Shown: positions 31,391 through 40,398, counted from the first letter of the stretch. The stretch is 64,000 bases of DNA from Actinomycetota bacterium (GCA_005888315.1 VAWH01000022.1:869-64868), one strand, 5' to 3'. The notes: a model not told the origin generated them from the letters alone. Made by a program: numbers and translations.

Positions 31391-32125
31391 TCATTGGTCT
31401 CCGGGCAGCCGGATCCCAGCGGCTAGCTCGCGCAGCGCCGGCACCGGATCGCCCTCAGGGCGCGCGAGCAAGAGCACGGCACCGTAGCCATCGGTTCCCG
31501 TCAGCGAGTCGACCAGCAGCTGCAGCCCCAGCGCGAGCGCAAAGGCCTTGTGCGCCTGCTCGCCGCCGAAGGGGACGAGCTCCTCCGGCGCGGCCGCGCC
31601 CGTGAGGACGTCGCCGTGCGTGACGGCACCCATCGAGACGTCCGCGACGATCGGCCTGCCGTTCGAGCTCGGGATCGCGAGCGCAAGCGGGTTCGTGCCG
31701 GCGAACTTCGGCCCACCGGCCGGCGCCCCGAGCCGGGCCGGTGAGGTCGCCGTCAGCGCGGCGACGAAGCCGCCCTCGGCGAGCTTCCGCACCCAGTAGC
31801 CCAGCATCCCGGTCGGAAAGCAATGCGCGGCGACGATCACCCGCGCTCGCTCCGGCGGATCGGCGAGCTGCGCCTGGACGATCGCCGCGAGCGTCAGGTA
31901 GCCGAGCGCCCCGCGACCGTCCCAGCGCTCGTAGCCACCCTCGGCGATCTCGACCTCGGGCCGGGCGGTCGGGTCGAGATCCGGCAGCGTCGCCAGCCAG
32001 TCGACGCGCGAGAGACCGTGGCCGGTGCGGCCCCGCCGCTCGGCGTCCAGGAAGTGGTCGGCCAGCGTCTGCGCGTCCTCGGGCGAAAACCCGAGCGCGC
32101 GAAGCTTCCCGACTACGTCGCTCAG
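31391..32125 (-). CDS. Ldh2-family (malate/L-lactate/sulfolactate dehydrogenase-like) oxidoreductase, short form
   Basis: RRGRTGHGLSRV, FAGTNPLALAIP and FGGEQAHKAFALALGLQLL motifs. There is no ATG, GTG or TTG near the start of homology. A CTG at 32125 overlaps the mrp TGA. Confidence 0.6.
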   Translation of the reverse strand: MSDVVGKLRALGFSPEDAQTLADHFLDAERRGRTGHGLSRVDWLATLPDLDPTARPEVEIAEGGYERWDGRGALGYLTLAAIVQAQLADPPERARVIVAAHCFPTGMLGYWVRKLAEGGFVAALTATSPARLGAPAGGPKFAGTNPLALAIPSSNGRPIVADVSMGAVTHGDVLTGAAAPEELVPFGGEQAHKAFALALGLQLLVDSLTGTDGYGAVLLLARPEGDPVPALRELAAGIRLPGDQ

Positions 32126-33201
32126 GAGAGAACCGGCAGCGCCTTCACGAAGCCGACGCCCTGTTCGCGGCGCGTCTCGGCGATCGCCTCGGCAACGGCC
32201 GAGATCGCGGCCGCGGCGGGCGTGTCGGGCCTCGCCGTCACCAGCGGCTCGCCTGCGTCGCCGGCCTCGCGGAGTGACGGGTCGAGCGGAACCCTGCCGA
32301 GCAGCGGCACGTGCAGGTCGTCGGCGAGCTCCTGGCCCCCGCCCGAGCCGAAGACCTCGCCGCTCATGTTCTCGACCACGCCGAGCAGGCGCATGTTCGT
32401 CTTCTGCGCCATCAGTGCCGCCCGGGCGGCGATCTCTTGCGCGAGCGGCTGCGGCGTCGTCACGATCACGGCCTCCGCGCGCGGCAGGAGCTGGCCGAGC
32501 GAGATCGAGACGTCGCCGGTGCCCGGCGGCATGTCGACGACGAGTGTGTCGAGCTCGCCCCAGTGGACGTCCGAGAGGAACTGCTCGAGCGCGCGATGGA
32601 GCATCGGCCCCCGCCACATAACGGGCGAGTTGTCCTCCAGGAAGAAGCCGATCGACATCAACTTGAGGTTGTCTTTGACGGGCGGCACGATCATCCGGTC
32701 GACGACGACCGGTCGCTGGCGGATCCCGAGCAGGTGCGGGATCGAATGGCCGTAGACGTCGGCGTCCAGGATCCCGACGCGCTGACCCTGCGCGCCAAAG
32801 GCGGCGGCCAGATTGACCGTTAGAGACGACTTCCCGACGCCGCCCTTGCCGCTCGCGACAGCGATCACTCGCGTCGAGCGGTCGAGCGAGATGCCCTTCG
32901 TGCGCTCGGTGACGCCGCCGCGAAGCTTGGCGGTCAGCGCCGCCTTCTCATCCGGCGACATGACGTCGAAATCGAGCGAGACGCGCTCGACGCCGGCGAC
33001 CGGCGCCAGAGCCTCGGCGACCTGCTGCTCGAAGCTCGACCTCAGCGGACAGCCGGCGACGGTGAGCGCGATCGTGACGGCGACGTCGCCGCCGTCGATG
33101 CGGACGTCGCGAACCATGTCGAGCTCAGTGACCGGCCGGCGGAGCTCGGGGTCGATGACCTGCTCGAGCGCCTTCAGGATCTCGTCGCGCGGAGGCTCCA
33201 C
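32122..33201 (-). CDS. Mrp/NBP35 (ApbC) Fe-S cluster carrier ATPase with an N-terminal DUF59 domain
   Basis: DUF59: VIDPELRRPVTELDMV...VAGCPLR. P-loop: VASGKGGVGKSS. CxxC-like region downstream. Confidence 0.9.
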   Translation of the reverse strand: MEPPRDEILKALEQVIDPELRRPVTELDMVRDVRIDGGDVAVTIALTVAGCPLRSSFEQQVAEALAPVAGVERVSLDFDVMSPDEKAALTAKLRGGVTERTKGISLDRSTRVIAVASGKGGVGKSSLTVNLAAAFGAQGQRVGILDADVYGHSIPHLLGIRQRPVVVDRMIVPPVKDNLKLMSIGFFLEDNSPVMWRGPMLHRALEQFLSDVHWGELDTLVVDMPPGTGDVSISLGQLLPRAEAVIVTTPQPLAQEIAARAALMAQKTNMRLLGVVENMSGEVFGSGGGQELADDLHVPLLGRVPLDPSLREAGDAGEPLVTARPDTPAAAAISAVAEAIAETRREQGVGFVKALPVLS

Positions 33202-33233
33202 GCCAACGAGCCTAGCAACGCGAAGATAGCTGG

Positions 33234-34325
33234 ATGACTTGGGCAGGCCTCGTCGTGCGGAACCTCTTGCGCCGGCCGGCGCGAACGTCGCTCACCGCCG
33301 CCGGGGTTGCGCTCGGTGTGGCGTTGATCGTGGCGCTGCTCTCGGTCACGGCCGGGGCCAAGAAAACAGCGGATCAGTTGATCCACGTCGGGCGAGCCGA
33401 CTTCGGCCTCTTCCAGGCAGGCGCCTCCGATCTGACCTTGTCGCGCCTGCCGGAAGGTCTCGCGGACGAGGTTGCCCGTCAGCCCGGCGTCGCCGCCACC
33501 GGACGGATCTACCTCTACGTCACGAACGCGGGCCTCGTCTTCGGCTTCGCGCGCGGCGAGTTCCCTGCGCAGAGGCTCGTGATCACCCAGGGCAGGCGCG
33601 CCGCAGGTGACGAGGCGCTCGTCGGCGATGCGCGGGCCAGGACGAAGCATCTCCATGCGGGCGACACGGTCGCGGTCGGGCGGCGCCGCTTCCATGTGGC
33701 GGGCGTCTTCCACACCGGCGATCCGTTCGAGGACGGGGGCCTGGTGCTGCCGCTGCGGGCCGTCCAGCGCCTGGCCGGGCGTCCCGGTGACGTGACGACG
33801 ATCTCGGTCGCCGTCTCGCTCGGCGCCAGGCCGCACGACGTCGCCCGGCGGCTCGAGCACGTCTTCCCGGGGACGACGGCGGTGACCGAGCCCGGTCAGG
33901 TGGTGAAGATCGACACCTCGAGCCGGGTGATCGTCTCGACCGGTTGGATCATCTCGCTGCTCGCGCTGATCGTCGGCGGGATAGCGGTCACGAACACGAT
34001 GGCGATGTCGGTCTTCGAGCGCGTCCGCGAGATCGGGATCCTGCGTGCTGTGGGCTGGCGGACGACGAGAATCTCGGCGCTGATCGTCTCGGAGGCGGTC
34101 GGCATCTGTCTGCTCGCGCTCGCCGTCGGGCTCGCGCTCGGCTATGCGGCGGCGCAGGTCTTCTCCGAGCACGCGGCCGCGGGGCCGCTGCTGCAGCCGG
34201 ACTTCACGGCCGGCGTCTTTGCGTGGGGGCTTGCCTTCGCACTCGGCGTCGGCGTGCTCGGCGCCGTGTATCCGACCTGGCGGGCCGTTCGCCTCACGCC
34301 GGTCGAAGCGCTCCGCCACGAGTAG
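33234..34325 (+). CDS. ABC transporter permease, FtsX/MacB type
   Basis: N-terminal TM, a large extracytoplasmic domain, then three C-terminal TMs with ER.REIGILRAVG, the FtsX signature. Confidence 0.85.
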   Translation: MTWAGLVVRNLLRRPARTSLTAAGVALGVALIVALLSVTAGAKKTADQLIHVGRADFGLFQAGASDLTLSRLPEGLADEVARQPGVAATGRIYLYVTNAGLVFGFARGEFPAQRLVITQGRRAAGDEALVGDARARTKHLHAGDTVAVGRRRFHVAGVFHTGDPFEDGGLVLPLRAVQRLAGRPGDVTTISVAVSLGARPHDVARRLEHVFPGTTAVTEPGQVVKIDTSSRVIVSTGWIISLLALIVGGIAVTNTMAMSVFERVREIGILRAVGWRTTRISALIVSEAVGICLLALAVGLALGYAAAQVFSEHAAAGPLLQPDFTAGVFAWGLAFALGVGVLGAVYPTWRAVRLTPVEALRHE

Positions 34326-34341
34326 CGCCGGCTGCGCCTGA

Positions 34342-34368
34342 AGGACGTGGCCCTGCGGGCCACGTCCT
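34342..34368. terminator. Bidirectional stem-loop
   Basis: AGGACGTGGCCC-TGC-GGGCCACGTCCT, a perfect 12-bp stem between the convergent stops at 34325 and 34430. Confidence 0.6.
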
Positions 34369-34429
34369 GGAGGACTGTCCCCGCTATCCGGCCCGGCAGG
34401 ACAGGTGTGGAAGAAATGTCACAGGTTCG

Positions 34430-35119
34430 TCACACGGAATCAGCGTCCGTTTGCGCGGCTGGCTCTACGCTGCCGTCGCGGAGCCGGAGCACGCGGTCAG
34501 CCTGCTGGCTCACGGACTGGTCGTTCGTGACCAACAGCACCGTCATCCGACGCTGGTCCCGCAACCGCAGCAGCAGCTGCAGGATCTCACCGCTCGTGTC
34601 GGAATCGAGCGCGCCGGTCGGCTCGTCGGCGAGCAGCAGCCGCGGCTCGTTCGCGAGCGCCCGCGCGATCGCGACGCGTTGGCGCTCGCCGCCCGAGAGG
34701 GTCGTCGGCGACGAGTCGAGCCGCTCCGCGAGCCCAACCTCTTCGAGCAGCGCCCGCGACCGGCGCTCTCGGTCGCGCCTGGCGACGCCGCGCCCGATCA
34801 TCGGGATCTGCACGTTCTCCGCCGCCGAGAGCGTCGGAATCAGGTTGTGGAACTGAAAGACGAACCCAACGGTCGCGGCGCGGTATTCGGCCGCGTCGAG
34901 ACGCGAAAGTTCCTCGCCGCCGACCACAATCGAGCCCGCGTCCGGCCGGTCGAGTGCGCCGATCAGGTTCAAAAGCGTGCTCTTGCCAGAACCTGAAGGG
35001 CCGGTCAGCGCCACGAAGTCGCCGGCGGCGAGCCGCAGCGAAACCGCGGACAGTGCGCCGATGCGACCGCCCTCGAAGGTCTTGCTAACCCCGTCGAGGA
35101 CGACGTCGACACCGCTCAC
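34430..35119 (-). CDS. ABC transporter ATP-binding protein (MacB/LolD type)
   Basis: The GTG at 35119 overlaps the upstream TGA (GTGA). Walker A GPSGSGKST, signature LSGGERQRV, Walker B LLLADEPT. Confidence 0.9.
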   Translation of the reverse strand: MSGVDVVLDGVSKTFEGGRIGALSAVSLRLAAGDFVALTGPSGSGKSTLLNLIGALDRPDAGSIVVGGEELSRLDAAEYRAATVGFVFQFHNLIPTLSAAENVQIPMIGRGVARRDRERRSRALLEEVGLAERLDSSPTTLSGGERQRVAIARALANEPRLLLADEPTGALDSDTSGEILQLLLRLRDQRRMTVLLVTNDQSVSQQADRVLRLRDGSVEPAAQTDADSV

Positions 35120-35547
35120 CGCGGCCGGACCCAGTAGGCGAGCGTCCGTGAGCTCCCACCCGCCTTCACGACGACGCGAAGCGTCAGCCGGTAGCCGCGC
35201 GCCACGGCCGGCCACTGGGCGAAGTCCCGGTACCGCCCGGCGAACGGAAAGTTCAGGAGCTTCCTCGTGCTCGTCCCGGCCTCGGCGGGATGCGCGGTCC
35301 CGAGCGGATCAACGACCTGAACCGTCAGCCGCCCCCGCAACGGTCGCCCGCGAAGATCGACGGCCCGGACGACGTACCACCACTTCGATCCGACGCGGGG
35401 ACGATGCGTCCGCGCCGACAGCGACGCGCGGAAGGCAACGGGCCGGGGGCCGGCAGTGCTCCGCGCAGCCGGCGTCCGTCCTTGCTTCCCGCCGCCACAC
35501 CCACTCGAAGCAACCGCCAGCAGCACAACCGCTCCGAACCGCCGCAT
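35116..35547 (-). CDS. Putative lipoprotein, translationally coupled to the ABC ATPase
   Basis: MRRFGAVVLLAVASSGCGGG (signal plus lipobox). The translation reads cleanly in frame. 4-nt overlap with the downstream gene. Confidence 0.55.
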   Translation of the reverse strand: MRRFGAVVLLAVASSGCGGGKQGRTPAARSTAGPRPVAFRASLSARTHRPRVGSKWWYVVRAVDLRGRPLRGRLTVQVVDPLGTAHPAEAGTSTRKLLNFPFAGRYRDFAQWPAVARGYRLTLRVVVKAGGSSRTLAYWVRPR

Positions 35548-35556
35548 GGCGCGATG

Positions 35557-36318
35557 CTAGACCCCGAGCCGCTCCTTCAACCAGAGGCCGTTCCTGATCG
35601 CGAAGCCTTCCCAGTCGTTGTTGAAATACGCGAACACCTCGATCTCGCGTCGCCACGCCTCGAGCCGCCGCGCCCATTCCTCGAGCTCGGACTCGGAATA
35701 GTTCCCGCGCCTTCCGCGCGAGCCCGAGTGAAAGCGGACGAACGTCCAGTCGGCGGTCACCTCGTGCGTCTGGAATGGACGCTGAGGATGGTCGCCGATC
35801 ACGAGCGCCGCGCCGTGCGAACGCAACAGCTCGTAGACGTCGGCGGCGAACCAGCTCTCGTGCCGAAACTCAAAGCAGTGGCGCCCCGGTGGCAGCTTGC
35901 CGAGCGCATTCGCGAGGCGGTCGTCGTCGCGGCGAAAGTTCCCCGGCAGCTGCCAGAGCACCGGCCCGAGCTTCGGCGAGCGGATGAGCGGCTGAATCCG
36001 GTCGTAGAACGTCCGCACGCCCGAACCGAGGTCGCGCAGGCGCCTGATGTGCGTGATGTAGCGGCTCATCTTGACCGTGAAGACGAACCCGGCCGGGCTT
36101 GTGCGCACCCAGTTGGCGACCACGTCGCGCTTCGGCAGCCGGTAGAAGGTCGCGTTCACCTCGACGGTGTCGAAATGGCGGGCGTAGTAGTCCAGCCATT
36201 CCCGCGGCGGACAGCGAGGCGGGTAGAAGACGCCGTTCCGCCAATGGTCGTAGTTCCAACCGGAACAGCCGATTCGAATTGGCTTCAGCGATCGAGCGCC
36301 GCGAACAGCCCCTGGCAC
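35557..36318 (-). CDS. DUF72 family protein
   Basis: IRIGCSGWNYDHWRNGVFYP... is the canonical DUF72 N-terminus. Start options are the GTG at 36318 (34-nt overlap) or the CTG at 36288 (CTGA overlap with the IMPase stop). Confidence 0.8.
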   Translation of the reverse strand: MPGAVRGARSLKPIRIGCSGWNYDHWRNGVFYPPRCPPREWLDYYARHFDTVEVNATFYRLPKRDVVANWVRTSPAGFVFTVKMSRYITHIRRLRDLGSGVRTFYDRIQPLIRSPKLGPVLWQLPGNFRRDDDRLANALGKLPPGRHCFEFRHESWFAADVYELLRSHGAALVIGDHPQRPFQTHEVTADWTFVRFHSGSRGRRGNYSESELEEWARRLEAWRREIEVFAYFNNDWEGFAIRNGLWLKERLGV

Positions 36319-37085
36319 AGCTCCGGTGTGCCCGCGGCGACCACGCGTGAACGCCCTTCCGTGTCGAGTGGCGCTTGGCCGAACGGCGGCGCCTCCGGCA
36401 GGTCGATCGCAAGCCCGCACTCGCGCACGAGTAGCTGCGCGGCGGCAATGTCGACCGCGCGCGCATCTTTCAGGGAGCAAACCGCATCGATGCGCCCGGC
36501 GGCAAGGTGGCAGAGCGAAAGGGCGAGGGAGCCCATGATCCGCAGGCGATAGGCGATTCCGACCATCTGCGCCGCCTTCTCCGCGACCGCAGAGGTGAGC
36601 GTCGCCTCGAAGGAGAGGATCTCGATCTGGTCCTTTGGCTTGACTGGGCCGAGCGCCACACCGTCCAGGAAGGCGCCGCGCCCGCGTTCGGCCGTCCACT
36701 CCTCGCCGGTGCCGAAGTCGTAGACGTAGCCGAAGTGGACGTCGTCCATCGTCGCGCCCTCGGCAACCGCAAGCGAGAGCGCGAAGAACGGGATCCCGCG
36801 CTTGGCGTTCAGCGAGCCGTCGATCGGGTCGACGACCACGTGCGTCGCTCCGCCCGTGCCGAAGACGCGCTCCCCCAACTCCTCCGAGATCAATGTGAAC
36901 TCGGCCCTAGTCGCGTCGAGCCTGCGGACGATCGCGTCCTCCGCAGCGGCATCGATCGCGACTGTGTCGTCGCCGCCCTTGCCCGCCCCGACAATCGGCT
37001 CCCGCTCGACGCGCGTCGGGAGCTCAGCAAGTACGCCGCGCACGTCCTCGACCGCCGCCCGGCAAGTCGCGAGCCAGTCAGTCAA
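36285..37085 (-). CDS. Inositol monophosphatase / FBPase family protein
   Basis: The TTG at 37085 lies within TTGACTGA, which overlaps the DUF1015 stop. Motifs EELGE and VVVDPIDGSLNA, plus a C-terminal DIAAA motif. Confidence 0.85.
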   Translation of the reverse strand: MTDWLATCRAAVEDVRGVLAELPTRVEREPIVGAGKGGDDTVAIDAAAEDAIVRRLDATRAEFTLISEELGERVFGTGGATHVVVDPIDGSLNAKRGIPFFALSLAVAEGATMDDVHFGYVYDFGTGEEWTAERGRGAFLDGVALGPVKPKDQIEILSFEATLTSAVAEKAAQMVGIAYRLRIMGSLALSLCHLAAGRIDAVCSLKDARAVDIAAAQLLVRECGLAIDLPEAPPFGQAPLDTEGRSRVVAAGTPELCQGLFAALDR

Positions 37086-38109
37086 GCGGTTGAAACAGGA
37101 GACCTGAGGTGAGCTTCGGGAAGAAGTAGGTCGTCTTCTGCGGCAGCACCCGCCCCTCGCGCGCCCGCGCAAACACGTCCTCGATCGGCGTCGGCCGGAG
37201 CAGAAACGCCGCCTCGACCTCGCCGCGATCGACCGCCGCAACCGCCTCGCCCCGCTGCGGCGTGTAGGTGATGCCGCGGGGCGCCAGCGCATCGACGACC
37301 TCGACGTCGAGCCCGTCCCCCTCGACGAGCTCGTAGCCGCCGCCGCGGTAGAGGACGACTCCGGGCAGCTCGTCTCCGGGCTCTTCGATCGGCGTCCCGC
37401 GCACCCCATTGAGGGACTCAGCCAGCCGGTGGGTGGGAAAGATCGTCAGCCCCTCCTCCCGCGTCGACACCAGCACGACCATCATCCAGGCGCTCGCCTC
37501 GGTGCCGTCCTCCTCGTGGAACGCAAGCGCCGTCTCGTAGCGATGGTGACCGTCGGCGATGAGCAGCTGGGCGCCCGCGAAGCTCCGGCCGGGGTCGTCT
37601 TCGAGCCGCCAGAGCCGGTCGCCCCCGCCGGCCAGATCGGGCTCTCTCCCCGGGAGCTCGACCGGATCGCCGTCGTGGAGCAGGAAGATCGGCTCGACCT
37701 GCGTCCGCGTCGCACGCAGAAGGCGCAGGCGACCTTCCTTGGGGCCCGCGTGGGTGCGCTCGTGCGGGAGGACGACCTGGCTCTCGTACGGCTCCAGCCG
37801 CAGGGTGACGACGAGACCGTTCCGCGTCCGCTCGACACCGTCCGGCCCCGTGTACGTCTGAGACAGCGCCCAGACCGTCGGCTCGCCCTCGCGCGCGAGC
37901 ACGCCTTCCGCCTCCCATGCGCGCAGGTTCCGGGCAGCCTCTTCCTCGGAATCCGGCAGCGTCAGGTGCACGACGTTGTGCGGGTCGAGCGCCAGGTAGC
38001 GCTCACGTTCGCCCGGCGAGATGACGTCGTACGGCGGCGCCACGAGCCGCTCGAGCGGCCCGGCTGCGGGGGAGTAGCGAAGCGCCCGAAACGGCCGAAC
38101 CTGAGCCAT
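37078..38109 (-). CDS. DUF1015 family protein
   Basis: MAQVRPFRALRYSP....VAPPYDVIS is the hallmark DUF1015 N-terminus. Confidence 0.85.
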   Translation of the reverse strand: MAQVRPFRALRYSPAAGPLERLVAPPYDVISPGERERYLALDPHNVVHLTLPDSEEEAARNLRAWEAEGVLAREGEPTVWALSQTYTGPDGVERTRNGLVVTLRLEPYESQVVLPHERTHAGPKEGRLRLLRATRTQVEPIFLLHDGDPVELPGREPDLAGGGDRLWRLEDDPGRSFAGAQLLIADGHHRYETALAFHEEDGTEASAWMMVVLVSTREEGLTIFPTHRLAESLNGVRGTPIEEPGDELPGVVLYRGGGYELVEGDGLDVEVVDALAPRGITYTPQRGEAVAAVDRGEVEAAFLLRPTPIEDVFARAREGRVLPQKTTYFFPKLTSGLLFQPLD

Positions 38110-38152
38110 CGCGCGGGACGCTACCAGCCGCTTCAGGACCTAGACTTCCTGC

Positions 38153-38983
38153 GTGAACGCGATCGCGCAGTTGGCCGAGGAACGCGTGGTCGAGGGCATC
38201 TACGCGGTCGCGCGCAAGCAGCGGCTGCGCACCCGCAACGGCTCGTCCTATCTCGCGCTCGAGCTCGTCGACCCGAGCGGACGGATCGAGGCGCGCGTCT
38301 GGAACGACGTCGACCTGCTCGACGCCCGCTTCGCCGAAGGCGACGCGGTGCGTGTACTCGGCCGCGTCGAGAAGTTTCGCGACCGCCTGCAACTCGAGGT
38401 GCGCTCGCTCGAGTCGGCGCCCGAGACCGATCCGGCCGAGCTCGCCCCGGCTCTCCGGCGCGACGCGGACGAGCTCGACGGCTTCCTCGAGTTCCTGGCG
38501 GGCGAGATCGCGCATCCCGGACTGAAAGCGACGGTCGGCCGGCTGCTCGCCGACGACGCGTTGAGGGCCTCGCTGCGTTCGCTACCGGCGGCGCCCAACG
38601 GCCACCACGGCTACGCCGGCGGCCTCCTCGAGCACACTGTCGGCGTCGCCACGATCTGCCGTGAGACGGCGCAGCTGCATCCGCGCCTGCGGACGGATCT
38701 GCTGCTCGCCGCAGCGCTTTTGCACGACCTCGGCCGGGCCCGCGAGCTCGGCCCTGCGCCGAACTTCCGGCAGACCGAGGAAGGCCGGCTCCTCGGCCAC
38801 GTCCATCTGGGGCTACGGCTGATCGAGGAACGAGCCGCCGCGCTCGAGACGGAGGTTCGCGCCGAGCTCCTACACTCGGTGGCGGTGCATCACGACCTGC
38901 GCACGGCAAGGACAGCGGAGGCGGCGGTGCTCTACCACGCAAACCAGCTCGACGCGGTCGCAGCCACCCGACCAGTCGACTAA
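38153..38983 (+). CDS. OB-fold plus HD-domain protein (YhaM/CbfA-like 3'-5' exoribonuclease family)
   Basis: N-terminal OB fold (…YLALELVDPSGRIEARVWND…). HD domain: HHGYAGGLLEHTV...LLHDLGR. Confidence 0.8.
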   Translation: MNAIAQLAEERVVEGIYAVARKQRLRTRNGSSYLALELVDPSGRIEARVWNDVDLLDARFAEGDAVRVLGRVEKFRDRLQLEVRSLESAPETDPAELAPALRRDADELDGFLEFLAGEIAHPGLKATVGRLLADDALRASLRSLPAAPNGHHGYAGGLLEHTVGVATICRETAQLHPRLRTDLLLAAALLHDLGRARELGPAPNFRQTEEGRLLGHVHLGLRLIEERAAALETEVRAELLHSVAVHHDLRTARTAEAAVLYHANQLDAVAATRPVD

Positions 38984-38987
38984 CTAA

Positions 38988-39057
38988 GGCGCTCGCTTGC
39001 GACGCCGACCTAGAGGACGTCCCGGCTTTGCCGGGACGTCCGTCTAATCCCGGTTGG
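38988..39057 (+). repeat. REP-type element, family 1, copy 4
   Basis: GGCGCTCGCTTGCGACGCCGACCTAGA, then GGACGTCCCGGC-TTT-GCCGGGACGTCC (perfect 12-bp stem), then GTCTAATCCCGG. It starts 5 nt after the stop at 38983. Confidence 0.75.
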
Positions 39058-39097
39058 CACTGTCACTGCCATTGGGTCCTTCTCGGACGGGTCGTAG

Positions 39098-39925
39098 GTG
39101 TTCGTAGCCGCGCTTGCGCTCGCGGCAGCGGTGTCGTGGGGGATCGGGGACTTTCTCGGCGGCCTCAAGAGCCGAGCGCTGCGGCCGGTCGCGGTTCTGA
39201 TCGTCGCGCAGCCGATCGGCGGGGCGCTGCTCGGGCTGTGGGTGGCCCTCCGCGGGCAGGGACCGCCGGGCACCGCCGTGCTCTGGGCCTGCCTCGCATC
39301 GGTCTTCGGAACGACAGGCCTGATCGCCTTCTACCGGGGGATGGCGGCGGGGGCGCTCAGCATCGTCGCTCCGATCGCCGGTGCCGGCGCAGCGATTCCG
39401 GTGATCTGGGGGCTCGCGCGCGGCGACCATCCGAGCAGCTACCAGGAACTCGGTTTCGCGGCCGCGCTGATCGGCATCGTGCTCGCCTCGTTCGAGCGCA
39501 GACCCGCCGCGGCGCGGATTGCCGCGGGAGTCGGCTGGGCCGCGATCGCGATGCTGGCATTCGGCGGCTACTACATCCCGATGCACGCCGCGAGCCAGGG
39601 AGACTTTCTCTGGGCCGCCTTCGTCTTCCGCCTCACCTCGACGACGCTGATCGCAGCGGCCTGGCTGGTGCTTCGACCCCCCGGCGCCCGGCGGGCGGAT
39701 CTGCCGGTGCTCGCTTCGATCGGCGTCCTCGACACGGGCGGCAACGTCTTCTTCTCGGCTGCGTCCGCAAGGGGACTCGTCAGCGTCGTCTCGATCCTCG
39801 CCTCGCTGTATCCGGTCGTCACCGTGCTGCTCGCGCGTGCCGTCCTGGCGGAGCGGGTCCACCGGTCGCAGGAGCTGGGCATCGCACTCGCACTGGCCGG
39901 CATCGTCCTGATTTCCGCGGGCTGA
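39098..39925 (+). CDS. EamA/DMT family transporter
   Basis: Ten-TM-like duplicated EamA pattern, with WGIGDFLGG at the N-terminus. Confidence 0.85.
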   Translation: MFVAALALAAAVSWGIGDFLGGLKSRALRPVAVLIVAQPIGGALLGLWVALRGQGPPGTAVLWACLASVFGTTGLIAFYRGMAAGALSIVAPIAGAGAAIPVIWGLARGDHPSSYQELGFAAALIGIVLASFERRPAAARIAAGVGWAAIAMLAFGGYYIPMHAASQGDFLWAAFVFRLTSTTLIAAAWLVLRPPGARRADLPVLASIGVLDTGGNVFFSAASARGLVSVVSILASLYPVVTVLLARAVLAERVHRSQELGIALALAGIVLISAG

Positions 39926-40085
39926 GGCATCGGTTTGCGATGCCGCTCGAGAGGCGGCCGGATTTACTCGGGCAGGCGCTCAGTTGGGCGCTAAGAAAGC
40001 CCTGGTCGAGATTGTCTGCTGATTAAACGCGCAACCGAGCGGGAACTTTTTCCGTTGTGCTCCTACAAGAAAGGAGGTCTGAAAC

Positions 40086-40247
40086 GTGCTTCTTCTCATC
40101 CTGCTTGCAATCCTGGCAATCATCCTGTTCGGCGTCGGCTTCACGGTCCACTGGCTCTTCATCCTTGCGATCGTCGCCGCGCTGCTCTTCGTGATCAGCT
40201 TCTTCATGGGCGCCGCCGGGGGCCGTTCACGCGGCGCTTGGTGGTAG
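40086..40247 (+). CDS. 53-aa two-TM hydrophobic micro-protein (not in the ORF track)
   Basis: AAAGGAGG lies 8 nt before the GTG. VLLLILLAILAIILFGVGFTVHWLFILAIVAALLFVISFFMGAAGGRSRGAWW. GC-rich third positions. Hairpin downstream. Confidence 0.5.
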   Translation: MLLLILLAILAIILFGVGFTVHWLFILAIVAALLFVISFFMGAAGGRSRGAWW

Positions 40248-40276
40248 TCGCCGAGTGCTAGTGACCTAGGCACTGA

Positions 40277-40307
40277 GGTCCGGGGCTTTGCAAAAAGGCC
40301 CCGGACC
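40277..40307. terminator. Stem-loop after the 53-aa ORF
   Basis: GGTCCGGGGC-TTTGCAAAAAG-GCCCCGGACC. A degenerate family-1 5' module (GGGCGCTCGCTCGCGACGCCGAC) follows at about 40310-40332. Confidence 0.5.
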
Positions 40308-40398
40308 CTGGGCGCTCGCTCGCGACGCCGACAGAAAGGCCGCGGCTGGAAACGACGGATCCGCTGTTGCAGACTCTGCGTCGGAGAGCGAGCCGCTT

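Noticed and set aside
31391-32617. 408-aa reading of the Ldh2-like gene from the start in the ORF track.
   Set aside because: The first roughly 160 codons are Arg/Ala/Pro shadow. They overlap mrp on the same strand in another frame. Homology begins only at the mrp stop.
36286-36288. DUF72 necessarily using a CTG start.
   Set aside because: An in-frame GTG exists 10 codons upstream at 36318, so a canonical start is available. The CTG option is mentioned only as a parallel to the Ldh2 case.
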